Position numbers and translations under genes: made by a program
Notes under the pieces: model-generated
What the model was told of the DNA's origin: nothing
Database searches by the model: none
The model's input: only the letters and a program-made list of their open reading frames with translations
Source: Octopus bimaculoides
Lineage: Eukaryota
DNA: 64,000 nucleotides
Assembly (NCBI RefSeq): GCF_001194135.2
Contig: NC_068985.1
Location: 122,029,396 to 122,093,395 of the forward strand
Direction of reading: 5' to 3'
Part shown: positions 24,901 through 38,700 of the stretch, piece by piece
Layout of the letters: the number at the start of each line of letters is the position of its first letter
Numbering within the stretch: position 1 is the first letter of the stretch

Positions 24901-27900
24901 TCTTTAAATTCGTACTATCAAGTTTTAATAATGGTGAATGAATAATACTTGTTATAAATTTGAAGAATCTTATTTTTTGTGTGTAGTTTTAGAAAATAGT
25001 GATTGATCTGCTTTCTCTTTCTCTAACACATTCCATTCCAATCAGTTTTTAAGGAGGAATTCCTAAGTGTGAGTCACACATCTTTCATGAACTGCAACAA
25101 TTCTGTTTCTGAAATACCATTTGTTACCTGTCTATTGCTTCCAGTCAATGAAAAACATGCCACAACAATCTGTTCATTTTAAGTTTCTTTATTCATTCAT
25201 TTAGCACTTAATATGCAAAACTGAATATTTTTATTAATGTTTCTTAATCATAAGACCAGTTTTGTAGATGGAAAATAAGTTTAAAGAATGATATTTTTAC
25301 TGTCCTTATTTTTTTTTTTTAATGTTTAGTATCTTCTTTTTTCTTTAAGAAATTTAGGCTTCTGTACACCTAGTTGGTTATGTTACTTTCTTTTGTAAAA
25401 AAACAGTGTTGTAAGAACACAAAGAATGTGAAGTAAAATAGCTACAACTGGGGTTAAAACTAGGTTACTTGTGCACTCAACTTATTTAGAGCTTATCTCT
25501 ATATGCTATTAGTTAAATTAAATTATTTTGATGTGCATTTATTATTTTTATGTTTTTAATATCTAGTAGCACTTAGTAAAAGAGAAAACTTTGGTCAATA
25601 TCAATTTTAATGCAAGGAAAATTAAATAGCTTCGGTGATTCATATCAGCATTTTGCTGGTACAAATGGCAACATTTGCCCTGGTGGGATTTGAACTTAAG
25701 CATAATGTGATATTGAACATGATAGGCATTGACATGGCTGTGTGGTAAGAAATTTGTTTCCCCCCCCCCCCCATGACTCCAGGTTCAATTCCACTGCATG
25801 GCACTTTGAACAAGTGTCTTCTATTATAGCTTTGAGCTGATCAAAACCTTATGAGTTTGGTAGGTGGAACCTGAATTTATGTGTGTGTCTTTGTGTTTGT
25901 CCCCCACCACTACTTGACAACTAGTATTGGCCTGTTTATATCCTTGTAACTTGGCGGTTCAATAAGAGAGACCAATAGAAAAAGGACTGGGGTCGGTTTA
26001 TTCAGCTAAACCCTTCAAAGTGATGCCTCAGCATGGCCATGGCACAATAAATGAAACAAGTAAAAGATGATACCTATCTCCTTTGAAAATTATGAAAATT
26101 ATAGTAATTCCTTACATTTCCCTAGGAAACCATGTAGAAAAGATTATAGGTGATTAAACCAATGTTAAATGCCTGAAGGTGTTAAATTGATAGGGATGTG
26201 AGTTCATTGGGTAGAATGCCTGGTAGAGTTTGTTCCATCTCTATGCAGTCTGAGTTCAAATGCTACTGTGGTCAACTTTGCCTTCCAGCCTTTTGAGTAT
26301 CCATTCAGGGCAGTGGAATGGTGGAACTGTCTAGAGGTTGGGAAAGAGGTCTTGCAGTATCTGTTATGGCTCTTTGTGGTCTGTAATGTTAGGATAAATA
26401 GACATCATTGGCATAGAGAGGGAAAACTCAAGTGCATGGAAACTCAGTGGCCTATGCCAGGGAAAACTGCATGTGCAGGGACATGGTCAGCATGACCAAC
26501 GGAGGCTTTATATAATACTTGTCTGATATTTATTCATCTAAAAGATAAACAGTAAGGTCAACTCTAGTGAGATTTGAACTCAGAACACACAAAGGGATAT
26601 AACAAAATATTATACACTATTTAATCCAAAGCTCTGCAGTTTCTTTCATACCAATTATTGACATTTTCTTTTATTTGTTTGTTTGCATTCATATGTCAGA
26701 AAACATTGATTATAATCCTTCAATAACTGTCACATCTGTTACCTGCTATCATTGCAATCTCTATCTTTCTCAAGTCTCTGAAATTGTTGTAAGTATTCAT
26801 GGGTGTGGTTTTCAATTTAGATTCAGTGGGAAGCTATTTGAGGGTATTTTAAATCCTATGGTTATTGGGTCAGGAATTAAATAGAAATTGCCTTTCGAGC
26901 TGAGAACCATTTTGCACATAAACTGAGCCCATCTTGCTTTTCTTTAATGTAAACCCCACTATCTCTGATCTCTGATCTCAAAACAGCTGAGATAGCAAAA
27001 TAAATACTCTGACAACATCATTTTCCATATAGTCAATCACTGTAAGGAAGGGTACACTGTACACTCGCCAGAGCAGAAGGAAATGTCATTTGCAAGAGCT
27101 TTGATTTTATCGTAACTTTTTGCCATGCTTTGACTTTATCTTAAATCTTTGTCGTGGTTCATGCTTTGGGTTTCTTTTGAACACAACTAAGCAGAAGTAT
27201 TCAGTAACAATGATCTGATTTAAGTGTTCTTATTTCTCAATTTTAATGAGATACAAGCGGCATGAACATGTCTAGTCTTTTTTAAAATTGATACACTGTT
27301 TAAACAGATTGCTGATATATGTGGCTCGTAGCGGTATTGTATATTTAAAGGCATATGATAGTTTGTGTGGGTGGACTTTTGTGGTATTAGAATAAGAATC
27401 TAAAAATAAATACTTGGCTAAATTAATGTTTGTGTGTGTAGGTTTAAATAATGACCTGTAAATGTTCTGACATATCCTGATAAAAATGGGGGGAAAAATA
27501 TTATTTATTTCTCTGACTTGATTAATGTGGTTTTGCTATAGATAAGGGAAATAGAAAATGTTTGATTTTGAAGGTAAAATTGGGTGAATTTAAATAAATG
27601 TGAGGGCTTGTGATTTTGATGTTTCAGTTTCTGTACCCTGCTATCCTTAAAAAGGGATAATGGAAGTACTTATTCTCCTATTTGTTTTAACCACCCCAGC
27701 TTTGGCCAAATGGTTACTTGCTGAACAGTGTGTTTTGAGCCAAATAGTACTTTCAGATTGAACCACATATACAGGGGTGGTGGCTGGCAGAGCAAATAGG
27801 GCTGTGTATAAAATACCCTGAGATTTAGTTACACCCCTTCAAATTCTGAGTTCAAATTTAACTCAGGTCAACTTTGCCTTTCACGCTTCCAAGTTCGACA

Positions 27901-30900
27901 AACATCAGTCCCAGTTAAGTACTGGCATTGATATAATCAGATATACTATAAAGGCAATACTGTATATCATCATTAACGTCTGCCTTCCATGGTACACACA
28001 CACACAAATGTAAAGTGATGAGCTTCATTCAGTTTTCTTCTAAATTCATTTACAAGGTGTTGGGTAACTTAGGGCTACATTAGAAGACACTTGTCCAAGG
28101 TGCCATGCATTGGGACTAAATGTGAAACCATATGGATGAAACAAACTTCTAAACCATACAGCAATGCTTGCAGCTAAAGGATTGGTATTCAGTTTGTTGA
28201 CTCTAGAGGGATTTGATTTCAGTATGTTGAATGAAATAACAAGACAGTCAGTCCACCACAATAATTATTGTAATTATTATGATAGTGATGAATGCAGTTA
28301 AATTTCAATGGCTTCAGTAAATTATTTCCCATGTAACTAGTCATAAGTTTGTCCATTCACATTTATTAGACTTCTTTTGTGTTTCTTAACACTTTATAAT
28401 TAAATTCACTGAATCAAAATGCCATGATTATGTAGTCTAGTTCTTTTAGCACAGCTGATGTCTTCTCTTCCACCATGTTGCATATGTTTCTTTAGTATTC
28501 TATCTCTAATATTCTACCTGTTTTATTTTCAAACTAACTACAAGGTGGTATCAAAAAGTTCCTGGACTAATTATGTTTAATAAGAAATAACTTATTTTCC
28601 TAAGTTTTAATATCATCTCCTTCAAAATAGTCACCTTGTGCAGCAATACACTGGTCCCAACATTCCTGCCACTTTTGAAATCTGGTCTGGAAGTCGTTTT
28701 CCATAAGCAAGTCAAGGACCTTCTGTGATTTACTCTGGATCTCGACAACAGTGTTTAAACAGCAACCTTTGAGCTGCCTTTTCATCTTGGGGAAGAAATT
28801 GATGTCGGCAGGTGTTGAATCTGGTGAATAGGGCAGGTGTGGAAGCAATACCATGTTGTTCTTGGTGAAAAACTCACGAGTGAGGAGAGCTCTGTGAAGA
28901 ATCCAATTCTGGTTGCTTTTGCTGAATGTCCTTCCTCAAACACTTCAAGACATCACAGTAGAACTCTCAATTCGGGGGATGAATTCTTGATGCACAATAC
29001 CACATTTCTGGGGGTGATGCTTATGGCAGATCTTCCAGAGTGCTCATCATCTTCAAGGGATGTCCTTCCACTTTTGAAGTGCCCACGTTACTCGAAACAT
29101 TGTGTACGACCCATTACCTCATTGTTGTTAGCTTGCCAAAGCATGCTCAATGTCTCTGTAGCAGACTTCCCAAGATTAATGCAAAATTTCATGTTGACTC
29201 TTTGTTCCTGTCCATGACAAAATCGCAGACTACAGCTTACACGCGATCACAAAAACACAAATTTCACAACCTGTGAAGTAAGCACAGCAATGTCACTTGG
29301 CACTCTGCCTCATGAAGGTCGCTGCTAGCTCTCACTGTGCACACAAGTGTGTGTCACCATCTGTTGGCACACTGCAGAACTAGTCCAAGAACCTTTTCAT
29401 ACCACCTTGTGTATCTGGCCTCTCACACCTACCCTACAATGTCATTCTAAAAATGATAATCACATCATTGACATTTTGAAGCTAAAAGATAATGCATAAT
29501 TAATTCAAAACGACGGGAGTAAATAAGTATTGCATTTGTTAAACTTCTGTTGGATTATTTAAATGTTATTTGATATTCTTTATGTAATTTGAATGTTTGT
29601 TAACATGTATGTATATGTGAACCAAGTAAATAAGTGTCATCTGATATACAAGGGTGTTAGATTAGTTGTAGGTTACAAACGCAGATGGCAAGTTGGTTGA
29701 ATTTAGAATGCTGGCTACAATGCTCTGCAGTTTGTCATTTGAGTTCAAATCTTGCCTTTTATCCTTTCAAATCTATAAAATATCAGTCCAGTATTGGGAT
29801 AGACTCTCTCTCTCTCTCTTTCTCTCTCTCTCCTCCCCCTCCTCTCTCTCTCTATATATATATATATCCCCATATCTGCAAGGGTGTGAAGCAATTGTCC
29901 AAACCTGGAGAGGGCTTAAAGACCTGCTATATGTCATGTTGGCATCCTTACAAGCCCATTATGAGTTGAGTGTCCAAGAAGTGAAGGCACTCTCATTAAC
30001 ACCACATCTGAACAGCTCTGTTAAATAATTAAATAAATAAAAAGGCTGTAATATTAATAATACAGTAGAAAATTTATGTGTGTGTGCGTGTGTTGGTTAA
30101 TTTTTTGTGCTAATCCAAAATTTAATAGTGATATTACCCAAAGTGTGTCTATTATTTACTGGTTCTTGTTACTTATGTAATTGTATTAATGTCTTTATGT
30201 GGAGGGTTGTTGATATAATCAATAACTAATAAAAAAAATGAAATAACGAAGCCCCCTATTTAGTCACTCAACCTACTAGCAATCACAGTCAAATCTCTTA
30301 AATGGTAGCTTTTTTAAACAGAAAAAAATAAGGACAGAATAGATAATGTGGTCTTCGGTTCCCACCAGATAGGAAAAGAAGACGGAGTAGCCACAGCTGG
30401 CATACCTTTGATCTTAGGCTTGCTGAAGCAAAACTGACTTGTAGCGAGGATCTTTATTCTTTCTGTTCAGACAGATGAATATATGTATTTTTAGGGTGTG
30501 TTCACTAATACACTCATGCACTAACTATATCAATGCATTTGACATTTTCTGCTTTGATAATAAACATGCTAGGCATAAGTTTATCTTAGGTTCAACACAC
30601 TCGTTTAAGTTATTTTCTATATACTGCTGGTGAGTGTATCTGTGTTAACATTTAAGATTTCACTGCATGGGTTTCACACCAGCTTACTATGAGCAACCAT
30701 CAGATAAAGCACATATGAAATTTTAAATCTTAACATGTACATACACATGCATGCATAATATATATTATATCTCAATAACAGAAACTGAGAAATATGTTAA
30801 ATATATTTTTTGCTCTTGATTAATTATTGTCTTTTTACTTTGTTCTGGAAAACAAATGTGTAACTAAGTCAACCAGTTCTGCAGAGAAGAGGAGGAAATA

Positions 30901-33900
30901 AAGTTGGGAAGATTATATATCATTATTATATTATAATATATATCATTATTATAAATAGAATTATGTGCTAATAGAAACATACATGCATGAAGACAAACAA
31001 GGAAATACAATTACACACGTGTGTGTGTGTGTATATAGTAGCACCTGGAGCAAGGTTTTGGCCAACCAAAACCACATGAGTGAATTTGATTGACAAAAAG
31101 TGAAAAGATGCCTTTCATCCGTGTGTATGTACACACAAACATACAGAGAGGGAGAGAGCACTGTGTGTTATTGGATTATAACTGAAAACAAATGTCACTG
31201 TTATATAGTGTTATTAGCAATCAAACACGAACGAGAGTAAAGCATCACCTTGCTTGAAAACAGGTGATAGCAGAGGAAGCATTTGGCCTTGCAAAATATG
31301 TCTCAACAAATTTCATTTGGTCAATGCAAGCATGGAAAAATAGGCATTAAAGTTATATTCACTTATATAAATCTAATTTTTAAATTTTTAAAGTTTGTTT
31401 AATAAACAAATATTGAATCATTTGATAGAATTATTATAAATGAAATATTCTTCCTTTTCATTATTTACTGTAATTGTTCATAAAATCATGCTACAGTGTT
31501 GCATGTCAAAACAACTTAATGCCATTGACCTTGTAATTTGTTTTATATTAACAAATGAAATCTTTTTGTCTCAAGATATTAATCTCTTTTCTATCTGGAG
31601 ATAGATGTAAGGATTAAATTAAGCTAAAGCTGGTTCAGTTTTGTTTCTTATCTTTCAAAACTAGTTTCAATGACACTAATATATACTCTATTGTATTTAT
31701 TTTTTGTGTTTGTAATCTAAGCTGTCCAAGAAAAATGTCATGTTGAACTGACCGGCTGGTGATGGGAGCTACAAAGGCTATTGAGGCAGCCCCTTCCTTC
31801 TGACCAAACTAATGAAAATAAAAGCTCCCCTTACATTGTGATTATCTATTGTATTCTTTTGTTATTTAAATCAGCTGTCACTTGCATTCTTAATGCTTTT
31901 GTTTCAGATCACATTTGAAGTTTAACGAAAGTACAGATAGTGATTCTGATCAAGAATTGTTTGACATCTCCAATTTCCTTGTACATGAGTGGTTTGATCT
32001 GTAAGTATGAAATACTTTTCTTTTATTCTGGTTGATTACAAGGTTCATTGTTTATTATATAGATGGTGATTATGGAAAATTGAGAAGCTTAAATACAAGT
32101 ATTTCACGCATATATTTTTACATCACCTACAAAATGCAGATTGTATATTGCATGAGTTACTAGCATGTATTAGTAGCATGTTACTATTGTTTCATTTATT
32201 TAAAAGATGAAATGGCCAAGGCAATTTGAAGTGAAATAGCAAAAGAGACAGCAAGTTCAAAATATTGCATTTTGGCAGACTATTCTACTTTGATTGGCAT
32301 TGAAGAACAGATATGTCAGCAGTAATGGTTATTTGTTGGCTAAAATAGCTGGATTTAATTTGTTCAGCAGAAATATATGGACTGACTTGGAAGTTTATTA
32401 AATGCTTTATATTGTTAGAATGAATAAACAAAATCTGTTAGAATTCATAAGTTATCCAGTTAACAATAACAGTCACATATTTCTGGACTATTTAAGTGTT
32501 ATTTTCAATATTGTAACTTCTCAAAGCAAATTATGGATTTAGTTTAGTCCAATAGGAGTTTTTACTGATATCTGTATCATCCATTGTAATGTCTTCTATT
32601 ATATTTAGCTGTTATTATGTGTATTTAGATAGTTTGATAACCAAGAAAAATAAATTACAGAAGCATCACACAAAAATAATTGTGCTAAACATAATTTAGT
32701 TAAGTGAAAAAATAAATTTGAAAGGTTAAAATACCATGCTGGTAACATTAGAAATAAAATTATTGGTTTTGAAGCTTTCTTAATTTTTTTAAGTAGCTAG
32801 TTCATTACAGTATGATTGACATTGCCAAGTTATGTGCTGTATCTATATCATTCATTCATTTTATGCCCATTTTCTATACCAGCAACAAATATTATTGAGG
32901 CATTGTTTTACAGCCAGATGCTCTTGTTGCTAACCCTTACTTGTTTTTCAAGTAAGGGTTTTTTTTTTATTCCATGTTTTCAAATGCATAGAGCTAGTGA
33001 ATGATTTCTTGAAAGAGAAGGATCACAAACTTCATTGTTTGTAGTTCATGTAAAGTGCAGATTGTAAGCATTCAGACACAAGAACACACTTGCCCAAGAG
33101 TCTAGCAATGAGACTGAACCCAAAACCACATAGTTGAGAAACACTATGTATATAACCCTACACTCTCTGAGTGGTTGGCGTTAGGAAGGGCATCCAGCNN
33201 NNNNNNNNCTTCTCTCTATGTCTATTCCCTACTTTTACTATCTTCTTTCTTTCTCTTTCGCTATACATATATGTATAATAAATGAAAAATGCATTAAATA
33301 TTACAAAACGTACACGTAGGACAGACACCAGGACCCAAATTCTTTATTAGTTATCGACCGAAATTACTAATACCTAGTTTCATGCCTTTAACGCTAAAAC
33401 AAGGAACTTCGTATATCGGCGGCATCCGCATGATTTGCGTAGAAGTAGGGCTCGAGCAAACAAAATAGGTTGACGTATGAAAGTAAATAACAGTAATTTG
33501 AATCGATAGACGTAAACGATAAATAAATAAAGCCTTAGGGCCAAACACATGATTGAAGGATTAACGCCTAGAAGAAATCCTCAGATGGATATAAAACAGA
33601 ATTAGTGCGAGAGAAGAATAAAGGAGAGAAAAGTTTACCAATACTCTAGGTGTCCAGTGGCGATGAGGCGGAAAATAGAAGATCAGTCACCGGCCATGTG
33701 TGCGGGAAAGGGGGAGAAAGAGAGTGGCAGCGACAGAGGGAAAGAAAGAACAGGGAAATTAAGGGGGAAGTCTAAAATTAAGTGTGAGAAAATGAGAGAG
33801 AAAAGGGTTACTGTGCCAACATATGCTATTTGAACAAATTGTGTCAGTTAATAAAAAAAGTTATGCCACCTTTTGCATTAATTTCAAAATTTGTATGTAG

Positions 33901-35671
33901 GCATACATATGTATATACATATACACATGTGCACACATACACACAATCCAGGATTTTGCTAATTTTGGATGGGGATCTGTGGAAATTCTTACACTCTGTT
34001 AGATATTGTTGTATGACACTGAATTCCATTTTGGTAGTTCTAGCTGTAATACTGTAATCATTAATTTCTTGAAATGTTTTGCTTAGAACTTAATTTCATA
34101 TTTAATTTCAGCAATAATTTGTAATTTCTCTTAAATTAAATTTGTTATTGATTAACTGAAGACTGAGCATTGAATGCACATTTGCATTCAAACTTAGTGA
34201 AATGTTCAAATTTTAATTTAAATGAGTCCTTACATTCTTATCCTTTCTTTTTCTTTGTGAATTTGGATTACTGTATAGAATTTTTCTTCTAGGAATTTTG
34301 TTACCTGATCACATAACAGGTAATTCCAGTAAATATTGCCTTGTTATATTGTTTCTGTTACTTTTAACTTCCAAATAGTTTAGGGTTTTGTTTAGGAGTG
34401 GGTTTCCTTAGCCTGACATGGTTCTTTATCTACTTTTTCAAGAAACCTACGGTTTTCTCAATAAGGAATTTCACTCTGAACATAAACATGAGTTCTAAAA
34501 ACATGACATATTCACAAATAAATGCCTAAACGTACACACAGAGACATGTATACATAAATGGCATACGCACGTATATATATATAAGCAGTTACTATAATGC
34601 ATGTGCTTAGAATAAGTTTTTTCATCTAATTCTAGAATAAACCTGGACTACGAATCTTAGTTATTTAGTATACAGTTGTTCTATTAGTGTTTTTCATTTG
34701 ATGGAACAATGAAGATATTTGAAGAAAACACAGTGCTTACAGCACCCAGGTAACATTTTCACACTATTGGATGCTATTTTCCTGCACATTTCAGTTGATT
34801 TTTAAACCTTTTCCCTTCACTTATACTTCTTTGGTTTCTGCCTTTTATTCTTATAGTATCTCTGTCTTGCTGGCTAAAAAAAAAAAATACATGATAATAA
34901 TAATAGCTATAAAAGTTGATTGGATGAAAGGTTACTAAAAAATTAAATTAACCCTAATATCTTTCTGTAGCTTCATATAGTTCTACCAGAAAGAGTTTCA
35001 CAGGTTTTTTTCACTTCCCTCCCTGCATTTAAGTTCATACATGAGCAGGCATTTCTAGTATATTATATGTATGTTTTGAGATCTTTTATAGTTGCATTTG
35101 CTTTTCACATTAATTTGGGGTGTGAGCCTTACTAATCGACTCCCAAGTCATTATTTAGTACAAATTTTTGTATCAAGAGTGAAATTTCCTTTACTTTTTG
35201 ATCATTTCTCTGTTCATTTATGTCAACACTTCATCCAGAAATCTTCCTTATTTGCTTTCCATTTCTTTCTTCAGATATAATTTCAAAGCATTGTTTCCTC
35301 ATGCAATAACCTGAGCAAATCTTTTATCCTATTATCAACAGTTCATTTATACAAATTTTGATTTTCTCCAGCTATTGCTTAAGTGCGTTATTAGTGAAAG
35401 CTTGATGAATTAAGCAATCAAGAATGTTAAGTGTTGCCAAGGATACAATGCAACAACAAAAGCAGGATATGAACTGTTGATCTTTGAATTTGTAGGCCAT
35501 GACCCTCTCAACTCTGCCAGTTAATAAGATTCTATTAAAGAAGAAACAAGCAACTTCCATATTCAATGCCACTGCATGGTACTTTGGTCATGTGTCTTTT
35601 ATTATAGCCTTGTCAATGAAATTTGGTAGACAGAAACAGTGCAGAAGCCTGTATATATATATATTTTGGCA

Positions 35672-35712
<41 letters not shown>

Positions 35713-38700
35713 TGAGGATGGGGACAATGAAAGACCATTTGAATGAAAATCTATTGTGATATTTGTTTTGAACAAGTTGCACAATATCTTGTCAGTTTTG
35801 CCATCGGAAATGCAGTGAGTCTTTGATTGGCATGTTGGAAACTTGTAATCAACCGAATTATTCTTCATAAAATGTTAAAATGTAAAAAAAATAAATCTCT
35901 AGTACAATTATGAAATATAATATTTAATGAATTTCTCATTTGAGTGTTCAGGTTTAAAATAAAAATTTTAAACTCCCTTTGAACTAGTATTCTTGTAATT
36001 TTTTTGTCTATAGATAGTTGTCATTAAACCACTGGACAGAGGGACATTTAAGATTTAAAACAGGAACCATATACTAATTGATCAATTTCTCCTCTTTGTT
36101 CTCTCTTGATATATACAGAATATTAAACCTTTGAATGACTTTCCAGATACCGTGTATAAGGAATGCTCAACCCACTGGTTTTATATTTTTTTGTTGTTTT
36201 TCATTTTTATTTGCCAACTGAAGTGACTTGTAATGTGTGCAGGAACAGAAAAATTATGATTAACAGGTGTTTCAGTATTCATTTCACTACTTGTTCTGAG
36301 TTGAAGACTTTTAAGTTTCAAAATTGAATTACACTAACAAGAACTTTGATACAATGTCAATATATTTTATGTTCTTGTTTTCATTGCGTCAAACTTAAAA
36401 TGACTCTTTTAAAATCTATCCCATGCTTTTTGCTATTTAATCTGATGTTAACTAATGAAAGAATACTATCTTTAAGCTAACAGTGCTTTCAAAAATCTAC
36501 TTGAAAATTACTAATGTTTAAAAATTATCCTAACAATGCATAGTCTGAAGTAAGATGGAGAAAAGGCTGAAAGGATACAGCTCCAAAGTAAAAGCTGTTT
36601 ACCAAATTTTAGTTTCATCAATCTCAGATCAGGTTCAATTTAGTTTTTCATCCATCCACTGCTCAACAAATGGATACCAGCAATATACTGACTTTAGTAC
36701 AATGATTTAATCTCTTGTGTCAAAACATTACTTTTTATTGCTGGTTAAAAGAAACCATAATTATTGTATTAGGTGTTGTAGTACAGTGCTGTAGTTCTTA
36801 GAAAAAGATATTTTTAAAAAAAGCATTTGTTTTCATTTTTTCACTTGCATGATTAAAGAAAATCAATAAATATCAACTGTCATTTTGCCTATATGAGTCA
36901 TTTTGCCTATATGAACAGCGTAAGTAGTAGAGCACCAGACAAAATACCTTGCCCTAATTATTTACACGCCTTAATATTCTGAATGAGAAATAACTTTGCT
37001 TTCATCATTCTAGTTAATAGAATAGAGTTGTCCCTGTCAAGCATTGGGGGTTGACTATGGCTACGTACCATTGTTAGAAATTATCTTTGTTGTCATTATC
37101 ATCATACTGTCACATTTGATTGGAGGCTTTATTCTAACTAGTATTGTATGTTACTATTGAGGTTAACTTGGCCATTTATTTAGGTGTAGGCTAACATCTT
37201 TCACATAGTGAGTGGAACATAACTTTTAATCAATTGAAACTATAGTTGTAAATGAGAAAAGTCATTAAAGTTAATGAAAATGTATATCAAAAGGGGCAAG
37301 GGAGAGTACTTCAGAATTTCAGTTAAATATTAAAACCAAAAATTACATAGGTATACAGTGTGGACAGTGAGCTCCATGAGCTTGATCTTTGGTAACTATG
37401 ATAGTACCTCTGGACTTGTTTTTCCTTTCCTCCAGAAAATAGAATAAGGCCAAATCATGCAAAATATAAACAAAATCAGTTTCAACTGCCCATTTATATT
37501 TTCCCTCTTAATTTTGTTTATTTTCGCCCTTCCCTTGTTACTTAAGTGCATCATAACTTTGACTTCATTTGAAAAGTTCAAAAGTTGTGGGTTGGTGTAG
37601 GATGTTGTATTGCTGCTTAAGATGGTAGTTTGGGTCAGCAGGAAGTGTCTATTTTTGGTGGTGAAAGAAAGTAGCCAGAGTAAAACTTCTTCACTTAAAT
37701 AAACTCCTCTTCCCTCAGAGAAAATTTATTACTATCAGAAATGTATCATCTAAGATGTTTGATTCCAAAGATATTCTTTAATCAATATAAACAACCTTCA
37801 TGGTAGGTAACAGTGGCAGCTAAAATGGTTTTCATCCTCTTTTTTTTTTTTTTTTTTTTTTCCTTGTTTTAATAGGTTCTAAAAGTTACATTTGAAAAAA
37901 TATTTCTCCTATTTTCTTATTGTTTTCAACTAACTGAGTAAGAAAATTTAATTATATTGCTGTTTTCTTCAATTTTATCATTATCTCTAAGGCTGTTGAA
38001 CTGGCTGAACTGTTAGCATGCCAAGCACAGTGCTTAGTGGCATTTCGCTCGTATTTATAGTAGTCTGAGTTCAAATTCCACCAAGGTTGACTTTGCCTTT
38101 CATTCTTTTAGAGTTGATAAAATAAGTACCAGTTGAGCACTGGGGTTGATGTAATCGACTTACCTCACCTCAGAAAGTGCTGGTCTTGTGCCAAAATTTG
38201 GAACCACTATTATTATTATTATTATTATTATTATCACTATTCATGATGTTGCTTGTTATATTATTTCAAGTTGGTTTATTTTTTTGTTCATTTTATTCAT
38301 TTTTTTTCTTTCTTTTTGCAAATTTTTTTAATGATTTATATTTTTCTTTCCTCGCTTATTTTTATCTAGCAAATAATTGTGTCACTAATTAGCAAATAAG
38401 CAATTCTCACAACAGCACATATGTACTGAATTTATATGTATATAAACACATACTATGTTACATATATTAAACATGCACAAATTATGCTGTAAATTACAAG
38501 TTCCCATACTTAGAACCTTGAAGATCCCATATTACAGAAGCATTGTTTTCATGAAAATTGTGTGTTTATGTGTTTGTAATGCAAAATATACTCTCTTTAA
38601 TTTCCCTATCAAAGGTGTTACAGCACTTTAGTAATATACAGATTAAATTGTATCAAGTTTCTAATGTTGCAACTTCATTCTACTGTTTTTCTTCATTCTA

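Noticed and set aside
36879-36914. 18-bp perfect tandem duplication GTCATTTTGCCTATATGA
   Set aside because: Ordinary slippage duplication in an intron with no associated signal.
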